DNA of 59,777 nucleotides, counting the filler, from Platydemus manokwari (taxonomy: Eukaryota), in NCBI GenBank assembly GCA_037951405.1. It is 5 parts of 5 records of this genome, joined end to end, with 100 filler letters (N's around TTAATTAATTAA, not from the genome) between each part and the next. Parts side by side here need not be neighbours in the genome. Positions count along the whole stretch, not along the records: positions 25,898 to 41,179 come from JBBMOY011310315.1; positions 41,280 to 50,251 come from JBBMOY011321093.1; positions 50,352 to 59,777 come from JBBMOY011250763.1; 2 more parts are not named here. One strand, 5' to 3'. Below the pieces are notes generated by a model, which was not told where the DNA came from, ran no database searches, and was given only the letters and a program-made list of their open reading frames with translations. Both the position numbers and the translations under genes were made by a program. Shown one piece after another: positions 40,700 through 51,703 of this stretch (the first letter of the stretch is position 1; the number at the start of each line of letters is the position of its first letter).

Positions 40700-41179
40700 T
40701 AGATAAAAAAGAAATTAAACAAAACATTGAGGATAAGCAAAAAAGAAAAAGGATGAAAATAACAAAATGCAAATTTTAGACAGGTGATAAGGCATTGGTA
40801 AAAAGGATGTACGAAATAAAAACCGAGAAAGTAATGATAGCTCGTAAGAAGTAATAGGATCAAAATCATGAAACAACTTGCCAATTACAAGACAATAATG
40901 GTACAGTAATAAGAAGGAATGTGGAGAAAATTGAAAATTTTAAAAAGAGGGATATATGAGGAAAATTCAAATTAACTAATTATAATTTTAAATAAAGATC
41001 TTTAATAAAAAATTAATAAAAGATGTTTTAATTACAATGATAAATTTATAAATAAAAATTATTATTTTAAATTTTATATTGGATTGTTATTAAAGTGTTT
41101 AAATATTTTTATCTATACCTGATTAAGATTGATAATGAAATCTCTCCAGAAAAGGAATTTTAATTTGTTGAAAAATTGT
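40700..41179 (+). mobile_element. Ty3/Gypsy 3' end (integrase C-terminus, PPT, LTR start), same family as 33229-33700; cut by gap
   Basis: QLQDNNGTVIRRNVEKIENFKKR, then PPT AAAAAGAGGGA, then an LTR matching the 33229-33492 copy (GAAATCTCTCCAGAAAAGGAATTTTAATTT). Confidence 0.8.
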
Positions 41180-41279
41180 NNNNNNNNNNNNNNNNNNNNN
41201 NNNNNNNNNNNNNNNNNNNNNNNTTAATTAATTAANNNNNNNNNNNNNNNNNNNNNNNNNNNNNNNNNNNNNNNNNNNN
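41180..41279. other. Assembly gap with six-frame stop linker
   Basis: Directly visible; linker at 41224-41235. Confidence 0.98.
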
Positions 41280-41324
<45 letters not shown>

Positions 41325-41341
41325 AGAGATAGAGAGAGAGA
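41280..41341. repeat. Compound (TA)n(TG)n(GA)n microsatellite
   Basis: Directly visible at the contig start. Confidence 0.95.
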
Positions 41342-42200
41342 CTTCGAATTACATCCATTCGGATATTATAAGTTTCGAGACAAAGAAATAATGTAATAAT
41401 GAAAACTTTACAAAATAATAGTTTAAAAATCACACAATGTTGTTATAGAAAATCCTTTCATTGTTTTTAATCATTCTTCAATACATATTTAATCGCATTA
41501 CAAAACTACAAATTACATCATTGAATACCATTTATGAAAAACAAATCAACGCCAGCTGTGCGAATGATAAACTCAACAATAACACAGCATTTCCATATAA
41601 AAAATCAATTGCCAACAAATTTTCTATCCAGAACATTATGAAAATGTTGCCTAACGAAAACAATATATTTACACACACACACACACTTATATATATAATT
41701 GTCTTAGTGCTCGAATAAAATTCTCTACAGACGGTCATAAAAATTATTATTAGAACATTGCTATAAGATTCTTATTATGATTATTTTCATAAACCTATAT
41801 ATGCATGTATCATTTTAGTCAATATTAATGAGGTGAATATATCTTCAGAATTGGCACCACAATAACAGCCAGGTAAACATTAATCTTGATTATAATTGTA
41901 TTGAGACAAATAAATACAAAAACATTTCATAAATACAATGACACGCTGATAGGACATGTTATAATCATGGCAATAACTGACGTGTATCGAATATGTGATT
42001 GATAAAATTGGTAATGAGGTTGTGAACTTATATACTATCATTTTAATGATAACAAAATCATGCGATATTCATTATAGTTTATAGTAACCATTACACACAC
42101 TGTTTTTATTTCAAATATATAATTTTATTTTTTAACTATTACAGAAACGAATTGATCGGATCACGTTGGTATTTTATATTTCGAAAATTCAATGCAAAAT

Positions 42201-45200
42201 CTAACTTTTATTGAGAGAAAAATCATCTTCGGATTCTTTTGATTTCATTAAATCGAGAATTTCCTGAAATAAATTTACCCATCATGAAAGACAAAAATAA
42301 CTATTAATGAAAATCATCATAATTAATTTTTCTGTTCGAGTATCGATTAAAAAATCATCAATAGAAAGTGAATGGAGGAATGAGATTCAATATTCAATAG
42401 CCTACTCAATATCCTTCTTGAACCGGGCTCTTAAAATCACGATCGAATGATTTGTGAAAGTGTATTCAGATCTATCTTGATATTTTACAGCAGTTAATGG
42501 ATTTTATCAAATAATAAGTTCACAGAACAATATATCATGAGATTTTATAGTTTCATTATTTCAATGAGAATAATAGAAGTGAAATAATATATTCCATGTG
42601 ATTATGGTGAACTGTTTTATAGACATCGGAAAAAATATTATTCCAAAAATAATCGTTTGAAATATATGTTACTTATGATAGAGGAAAACCAAAATAGTTA
42701 TATATTCTGTACTATTTTAGTCTCAAAACAAGAAAAATTGGTCGTGTTGAAGACTCTGAAAAATTGTTATTTTTTGACAAAGCCAAGAATAAATGAACCT
42801 TCAATTTACTTGAAGTATTTTCAAATTCAGTTAATCTCACAGGCTCTTGTGGGATAAATTAAACAATCTTGATTTACAATGTTTATACAAGGATGAATTA
42901 AACATTATTTATCACCTAATTACTATAAGATACATTTCATAATATAAGCTATTCCTTCTTACTCGTTTAAAGGTATATGATCTTCAGATCGCATTAAAAG
43001 AAAATAATCTATCAAGAACTGAAAACCAATAATATTCTGGTTATTCAAGCTAGCAATATCCTAAGTAAGTCCAATGTTATATATTATACGCTGTTTATTT
43101 TACTCGTTATTCGTATAAGATCAGAAATGAAATTCGACAAGGATTAAAATATTATTTTGAAAAACAAATTTTAAAAAGCACTTACATCTCTATAAATTGT
43201 TTGTTCCGAAGAAAAATAAATTTCCAACGATAAAAGCTTCGGCTCCAAATCTCTTGATTGATAAAAAGCCTTTTTAAGGGCTTGACAAATGGAAAAAGGT
43301 CCAAACCAATGACCAGGATTACAACCGCTATAGCGGATTATGCGATGGATGGAAAAAGGATTCGTCACCTTATCGAAATCACCGAACCATTTAATAATTT
43401 GATTGTGAAATGCTTGATCCTTTGGGTCAGTGCTGAAAAGATGGTATAAATAATATTGGTTAACAAAGAATCTAAAATAAAAATTAAAAAAAAACCAAAG
43501 GAAAAATTATTGTAAAACTTGATTATAAGAAATAATTTCGAAAGACTTTATCTTATTCTAATGATTGGTTGAAGAAGTAAACAGGATCTATCCTTAATCC
43601 TGACATATATACTTCATTCAAGATCATAGAATCGAAATTGGTATGCAATTCACTTACATATTCACTATAGATTCATTAAATGTGAAATGAAACATATTAT
43701 AAGTCAATTTGGGAAACTTTCGTTTTCGATATTTTGCCGATGTGCTTCTTCATTTCAAAATACACTTATCTGATTTTTCTAAAACTTCAAATCACATGTT
43801 ATTCTTCAATCATTCAATTCAAGCAACTTGTATTCTATTTTGTTCATAGCTACCAAATGAAGTAATAAAATTACAGAGGAAACACAGGTCTGATAAGTAA
43901 TCATCATATAATTAATTATCCAAAACAAGTAGTACGATTAACAATTCCAAGTATATTCAATGGTAAATAAATATCACCAGAATAATCTTGCATAAATATC
44001 GTAATTCTAGTAAAAGTACTTCGATTATTTTTTACAGAACAACCAATATATAAGACGAATTTATCCATATTCAAATATTTACCATGTAACATGGTGGTTT
44101 ACAATTCAAATGAATACATTCTAGTAGCCAGTTTTGTTACTTTTATTGAAATATTTACAACTAAAATCGGTTGAACGAGAGTATCTTTAATAAAATGCAA
44201 AGGTACTTTTAATCAATTTAAAGATCATTAAGTACAATAACGTGTCATTCAACAGTACACGTTAACGGCCTTCTGACAGATTATGTGAACAATATATTCA
44301 GACATACGTAAATATAATTGATCACGAGTGCCTATTAATTAAAGCGATCCTAAATGCTTAAAGTAACTGCAAATCATACTTGTTAAATCGCAACGATTTA
44401 TCAAATTCCTCTCAAATAAGAAAGCATAACAGCGTCGATAGCATAAAAATGTAACCAACATGCCCAAAGTGTCACTCCTTTAACATTCTCTTGTGAATGA
44501 AATTTAAAACGAAGTATTCATAAAAAGTGATAAATGTATATTTACAAAAATACTCCAAATTATATAAAATATTAATCTCAGTTAAGGGAAACAGAGATCG
44601 TACTAAGAACCGCTTAAAAATTCCCGCTACCAGTTTTGTGGAGAAACATCAAAGTAGATATAAAAAAGAATAATAACAAGATCAAAATATATCATTGTTG
44701 AGAAGGAAATGATTTTTAATATTAAATATTTTTGCATCAGCACAAATAATATGAAATATATTTTTACCATAAATAAATACGGCATAGACAATTTGAATTT
44801 TTCATAAATGATTTCATGGCTGAAAATAAATTTCAATTTTTTTTAAAAATTTTTAATTTTATAAATCAGTCAACTTTAAATATTATAAAAATATATTGCA
44901 ATTTGTTTAAATAATTTCAAGGAAAATGGACTTATTAATCCTAAAATATTCGAGTTGGCCATGTCATAGAAGGCAACCAAGCCTATTGGTGATTATTAGA
45001 ACTGATAAATTATTTATTTTTTGTGGAAGAGAGTATAATAGTAGACCAAATAAAAAGTACTAAAATATATGTTCATAAATATATTTATAAATAATAAAAA
45101 AATTCTTCGAATAGACGTAATCAATACCTGGTTACAGATTCACTACTATTATAAAAGTAAGAATCAAATTTAACTTCATCCAATTCCATTTTCTGATTTA

Positions 45201-47514
45201 TATTGTTTATAAATTTTTACAGAAATTACCAAAAAGAAGATTTTACAATTTTTACAAGACGATACCTTAGTTATCAGAATTCAACATTCGGACTTCCTTC
45301 GAAAACCAAATCAACCTTAGCGATCTATTTAGTAGACAAAATAGACGAAACACTATGGAAAAGAAAGTACTAACTACTAAGTGAAAAGTAAGTTCGAAGA
45401 CTATTTATCTACTTCTGATAACCCAAAGCCTTAAATGAATCTTCAATTAAGTAAAAGGACAAAAAGAATTTAAGACGACATGGACCAGGCAATGGAAAAC
45501 TTTTTCTGACTAGCATGTCTTCATAAAGTCTAGAAGATGGCCGAAATGAAGATCGAATGAACAAAGGAAAAGAACAACCTTACAAAGACATCGTATTTAG
45601 CCATAACCATGGAAACTTTAGAAACCTTAAAGTAAGAGATACGACCTAGCCAATCTAGAAAATCCTTCAAGATAAAGCAATGCAATCAAAATAAATAAAA
45701 TAAAATCTAACTAGAAATATCATCCATCCGAAAGAATAAAATAAGGAAACAAAAAAGCAAATAAGCACACACTTGTGCTTCTTGAATAGTTCTTGAAATA
45801 TAAGATCGATTTCTTTAATTTCAGCATCTTGAAGAAAGGACGTAAAATTCAACGACAAACTTATATTTTCTACTTCTCATCTGACACCTGTATAGGCAAT
45901 TAGCAATGAGAAAAACTTTTAAAATAATATTATTACATGCTGGGTTTGTGTTTGAAATTATGGGGGAAAACAAATAAATGAAGAAAACAAACACAATCGC
46001 TAGCTACAGATGGCTATAAAATTGACAGGACATCTGTCTTACTAATAGAAAAACCAATGATTATTCGCATATTAATATTAGAATATGATACTTAAAATAA
46101 TCGAAGATATCGGATAAATCGGAACAAGTGCTTTCAAAATCCAAAGAAGTATCATAGCCAATACTTAAGGTTATAAGCTGATCATTAAGATTTCTACTTT
46201 TAGAATCAATGTCTAAGAGTTTAATTACTTCATCGATATGGAATCTAAAATAAGTAGCTACCTAACATTTTTAACAATATCTCACTGAAATCCAAATACG
46301 CAATAGTGCAATAGATGATTGAATTCTATTCCAATTCCGTTGTATTGTCAAAAATTTACTTCGTTTGTTGCCTTTTTTTATGAAATAAAACAACAAATCA
46401 AATTATCAATGAAAGTTATTGATTAAATTGTGAATCTCAAATACTACCAAATATTCTCGAAATAGATATCAATAATCAATTTTTCGTTTCAAACTACTTG
46501 GAACAATAATCATTGATTGGATACTTCTTCTTTCTTCAAACAAGCACATTGGAATGAATTTCTCGTTCTTAAATGATAGAAGCAACAATTGCAGAATGGT
46601 TACACCATAACATGATTGGTTATTGAAATACCATTTGTAGATTTCAAATATTATAATCAACAAATTATCACAGAGATCATTTCAGATAATTATATAAAAA
46701 ATCCAACTAAAACCACATAAATCGATGAGAAAGATATTTCAATTCACCAAGCAATCGTAAAACTTTCAAATTCTTCTCAAATTTATTCAATGAAACATTT
46801 TGTCTAACAATCGGTGCAATTTAAAGGACAAATCGATCTACTATTTATAATATTGCCATTGGCAACAAAATTATGAAACTAGGTCAGTCATTGACACCAA
46901 TCCATCAAAATAGTGTGTTCTAATAATTCCAAATAGAATTCAGAAATTTTTGAAAAAGAAACCAATTCATGATTAATTGAAAAATGGTCAAGAAGGTAAA
47001 ATCTATTTTTATACCTTGTTCGATCCCAAGAACGACCAAGAAAGTGCATTGTGAGACCTTGTGCCATTAGCATTTGACCCGATCGTATCATACAACCCCA
47101 ACCAGCATCCGAGGAACGCAACACAACTGGAACAGGCATGCTGGATAATTTTGGACATGGTAACAAATTGAAATTTTCCCGATAAGTAAACCAAAATCGA
47201 CTGACAAAATCCTGCATAAATTCTTTCTTTCCCATCAGATTGGCATAGCTGATGTCTGGAAATGTCAACGAAAAATCAAATATTAAATGGATCTTAATAG
47301 ATCCAGAATAAAGCGTACTGTTAAAGAAATATTTTTTCCCCAACAAATACACGGATTTATTAGAACTGATTTGTGTTTTTATTTTTAGCCAGTCTGCGAT
47401 ACGTATGGAATAGAATTTGCGATTCAATTTATTCAACAAAACCACACTGAATTCTTTCATGGCATCAGATCCTCGCCGACGCATTTTGGGATTTTTATTA
47501 ATATTATTTTCCAT
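42201..47514 (-). pseudogene. ATG4: ATG4C/D-like cysteine protease (peptidase C54); 5' exons intact, 3' catalytic region degenerate
   Basis: Recognisable motifs: KSVYLLGKKY, FVSRFWFTYRENF and SDAGWGCMIRSGQMLMAQGL (catalytic Cys). Exon ~43184-43470 reads HNQIIKWFGD..PFSIHRI..GHWFGP. Region 42880-43140 holds only broken remnants (KINSV*, IIGFQ) with no YLDPH. A possible acidic last exon EILDLMKSKESEDDFSLNKS* lies at 42201-42263. Confidence 0.8.
45350..45800 (-). mobile_element. Possible decayed tyrosine-recombinase (DIRS/Ngaro/Crypton-like) fragment
   Basis: Only weak remnants: CAYLLF...LRMDDI, PLF, and FKALGYQK*INSLRTY. Confidence 0.2.
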
Positions 47515-47786
47515 CTTGCCGGTTTGGTTCTCTTAATAACAATATCAATAAATCATTTGTTTAGCAGATTTTCGTTTGCTCTTAGACAAAGGTATTCTGG
47601 AGAACCGATATAATATTGAGTACAAAATATTTGTGATAGAAAAAACTGATTATATTAAAAGTGAAACATTCTACGAAATTGATAAAGTAAATGGATTTCT
47701 TTGTTGTACAGACTTCCACGATGGAATTTTTTATTTTTAATAATTTTTATTTTTATAATTGTCAATTATAATTTAAATAATGAGAC

Positions 47787-47919
47787 TTGTATCCATGTGG
47801 TGACACTAATAAAAATTTCCAATGACTGGTTATATATTTTATAAATAATATTTCTTCTAAAATATAAAATATAAAACTAATCATTGGAAATTTTCATTAG
47901 TATCCCAGCGTGGGTACAA
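47787..47919. repeat. Palindromic MITE-like inverted repeat (about 55-bp arms)
   Basis: TTGTATCCATGTGGTGACACTAATAAAAATTTCCAATGAC... pairs with ...TCATTGGAAATTTTCATTAGTATCCCAGCGTGGGTACAA. Confidence 0.8.
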
Positions 47920-48104
47920 AACATAATTCGGATCAATCCCCCCCAAACATTAATCAACTAAAGAATACCCACTCCAAAATTAATAAAAAATAAACCAAAT
48001 ATTAAATCAAAATAAGTCCAACATTGACTAAATTTATTTATTGAGGATATTGCAAAGCAATGTGTTGGCATAGATTTGCAAATTCAATCTTACACAGGAA
48101 ACAA

Positions 48105-48390
48105 CTATACCCAAAAACCCACAAAGTCGAAGCGGGAATTCGTTCACAATTACACTTTGACTTGTGGGGAAAACAAGATACGTCCACCTCCACAGCTACT
48201 CCAGATTCGCCTAAAGAAATGGGATTGGATCTGAATTTGTACACATCTCACGAAAAAAGTTTTAACAATCCACCATTGTTCAACTGTCTGGAAGCAATTG
48301 AAGAATCTCCTCCCCTAGACTTGTTCAAGAGGACAGATTCTTCAATTGATCCGATAATTCAGTCATATTATTGACAAGGTCGTTTTTCCA
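48105..48390 (-). mobile_element. Merlin (IS1595/ISXO2-like) transposase fragment
   Basis: LGESGVAVEVDVSCFPHKSKCNCERIPASTLWVFG matches the Merlin G..G..VE.DE....K.KY..GR......WVFG motif; degenerate. Confidence 0.75.
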
Positions 48391-49390
48391 TTAGAAAATA
48401 ATTTGAGAAAGATGAAAGTATAAAATCTTTTTATAATTAGTTAATATAATCATTGATTCTAAAACAACAGTTGACAAAGAAGAATCGGCATGTGCATCAC
48501 AAAATCATCCAATCAAATTGATACTACGATAATCTGCAAGAATAATCCAAGGGGTTCAATCAAATGAGTAAGCCTTTTTTCAAATAGATTAAATATTCAT
48601 ATATTTTATATAATTAAATGGATTTACATATTTTTTAAATTTTCGCTCGTAAAAACAATCATTTATTTGAGTTGGTTTTATAAAATAAAATATAGACAGG
48701 AAATTAAAAAAAATTAAGCAAAATACTCAACGGTAAATTCAAATTAAGAGCAATGACTATTTAATTTTAAAAATCGATTATTTAAATTTAAATCCAAGAT
48801 ATTAATAATCACTTCTGAATAATTTTCAAAATTGTTTTGCTACATTAAATAAGGTATTTCTTTACTTATTATTATTATTCATGATCGATTGGGGAAATAG
48901 TTATTCTTGGATATGAGTTCAATATCAACGTAATTAATAGAATTTAAAAACCATTTCTTTGAGTGGTAAAATATTAACACGTTATAAATATATTTTTCAA
49001 ATAATAATATATGAAAATGTTATTGAATAAAATTAATCGATAATAATATTAAGCAATACTAAAATAGACAATTAATTATATAATAATATTAAACTAAAAA
49101 TAACTTTTCAGACATTTGTTTTTCTAATTTTTCTGAATTATAAGATAAAATATATCGGAAATGAAAATATTTTGAATTCAAAAATAATGACGTTGTTCCA
49201 TTCAACTGATTCTTAGACAAATCAAGGCAGCATTAACAAATTATTCAGTATTCGATATTTATGTATTCCTTCAACCAATCAAAATTGCCAGAATATTTCA
49301 ATGACCAAAATACATTATAGAGATCATTATTTTGTTAAAATTATATTTAATTAATTCTCTTAAAAATTTAATTCAAATAATAAACAATAC

Positions 49391-49828
49391 CAATCATTTC
49401 AAAGCTCGATAGACTTCCGAACTCATTGAAATTAGCATCAAAATCATCGAATTCGGGACACTGATCATATTCGTGACTTCGCAACGACAAGCAATCTTCA
49501 CTGCAAAATCTGAAAATGTTAAAATTAAATATACCATTTTAATCAATGTTTATTAGCATATGTCAAAATTTTCAAGTGATTCTCAGCTTGGTTTATTTGA
49601 AACCCATATAAAATTTGTCATATGACCCATAAATAAAATCGGCAAATGAATTATTTATAATTTTAGAAAATTTTTCACATAGAATGACAATTGCGACAAA
49701 AATAGTTTACTCACTTTTCTGCTTCATGTTTGATCCAATCATCGCTATCATCAAATTTTTCTTTCGGGTCTTTATTTAATTCACAAGCTGATTTATTGGG
49801 ACAACTTGTACTATACATCTTATGCTTT
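49391..49828 (-). CDS. Two in-phase internal exons of an unidentified Cys/His-containing protein (MYND-like?); gene incomplete
   Basis: Exons 49715-49828 and 49391-49509 have canonical AG/GT ends and matching phase. They translate to KHKMYSTSCPNKSACELN...EAEKFCSEDCLSLRSHEYDQCPEF. Confidence 0.5.
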
Positions 49829-50251
49829 CTAAAATAAAAGAGTTTGGTATCATCAATCATAAAAATATTGGGTAATTATGCAATATAAATTGTTGTTTGT
49901 AATGCTTTTATTATGACATATAATAATGAAATGAATATAATATTATGAAATTTAAATTTCAAGTTATGATATATTTTGAAATCGTTTGAAAGAAATATTT
50001 ATTTGATTACCATCACAATTAAAAGATATTAAATTAACTTATTCAGCTAATATTTAAAAATAAAAAAGAAAATAATTAGAAAGATTAAAGTCAACTTAAT
50101 CACATTTTAGAATGAAATAATGAATAAATATGAATATAATCCAATATATATGTTTAAATTACAAATTTGAACAAATTAATTAAATTATTTCATTTAAACT
50201 TTCTGACGTTAGCTACTTTCTTTTTATCAGAAATTTACAGTTCGATATTGT

Positions 50252-50351
50252 NNNNNNNNNNNNNNNNNNNNNNNNNNNNNNNNNNNNNNNNNNNNTTAAT
50301 TAATTAANNNNNNNNNNNNNNNNNNNNNNNNNNNNNNNNNNNNNNNNNNNN
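50252..50351. other. Assembly gap with six-frame stop linker
   Basis: Directly visible; linker at 50296-50307. Confidence 0.98.
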
Positions 50352-51703
50352 TAAATCGATGGCAAAACGTGATGGCAAATTTTTATTTACAATTTTGTCC
50401 GCGAACTTTATTTACAACCTAATATTAACATTTTATTGAAATGTTCTTATTTCAAGAACTAAAAGAAATAAAAATTAAAAAAACCAAAACATATTGAAAA
50501 TCTCATGATAATTATCGTTCTTGATAGCAATATACATAAAAACGTCAATATATACTTGATTATGAGGTTGTGATGAATTTTATAAATTAAAGTGAGTGAA
50601 TAAACTTTTATTACTGAAATCTGTCATTTCTGATAATTAGCGAACTCGAGTGTCAGAAATTAACTTTAAACGACGTTTAATTTATCTAGCTTATAAATTG
50701 ATTATTAAACTATCAATATTATAGCAAAAATATAATCAATTTCAAATAAATAAAAGTAAATTAGAAAAAATTCTAAATTAACAAATCACAAATAAAAAAC
50801 TACATTGAGCAAATTTCTACATTGATAAAGAAAATTATATCAAAAATGCGTAGGCATAGCGTTTAATTCTTTGTCTTCCCCTATGGATATTGTGGTTATC
50901 AGATTTTAATCAATGTTCCAATTGAGAATTATTAAAAGGAGTTAAACAATGTGGTTGTTATCCAACAAGTTTCTTGTAAATTACTAACCAATTAGAAACG
51001 AGTTTTAATGACAAAGAGTTGCATTTACTTTTATGAAAATACTCAGAGAATACTAGAACAAAGAAGATGACAAGCGAAAATTAGACTAAACATTAAATAT
51101 CAAAAGAATTTATCGAAGGAAAGAGACAAAAAATAATTGGATATAATAACTAAGTTAAACTATGAAATTCAACTGAAAAAATAATTTTTGTAGCGTTTCT
51201 AATTTCATCCAGCAATTTTTCAAATTAATATTATTTATTAAATTAAAGTAAATATTTATTAATTTCTCTTAAAAAGCGAATACGGAAATAAATATTTCTT
51301 AGGATAAATTTTTATTGTAAATTAATTCCTATCAGTAAATGTGGAAACAAGTTGTGACGAATAATATTCCATGACTTGTGGTAATACTTTAAACTATTTA
51401 AGCTTCCCGAAGGATTTCTACTACAATACCAATATTTTTAGATTGATTTATTTACATTAAAGTCATCTGCAAATCTAAAAATTTCCATATATATATTGCA
51501 GATTTCGATTACTACGGCAAGACTAATTTTGTCACAGAAACAAATATTTTTCATCTTGCTTATTCTTTTGTTCATCTTAGAATACAACACACACTGATAC
51601 CTGTTTCAAACATACCTTCGAGTTGTTTTTAAAAAATAACAAAATTTTATTACAAACAATACTATTTCAATTATACAAATTGGTTAACACAATGAATATA
51701 CAA

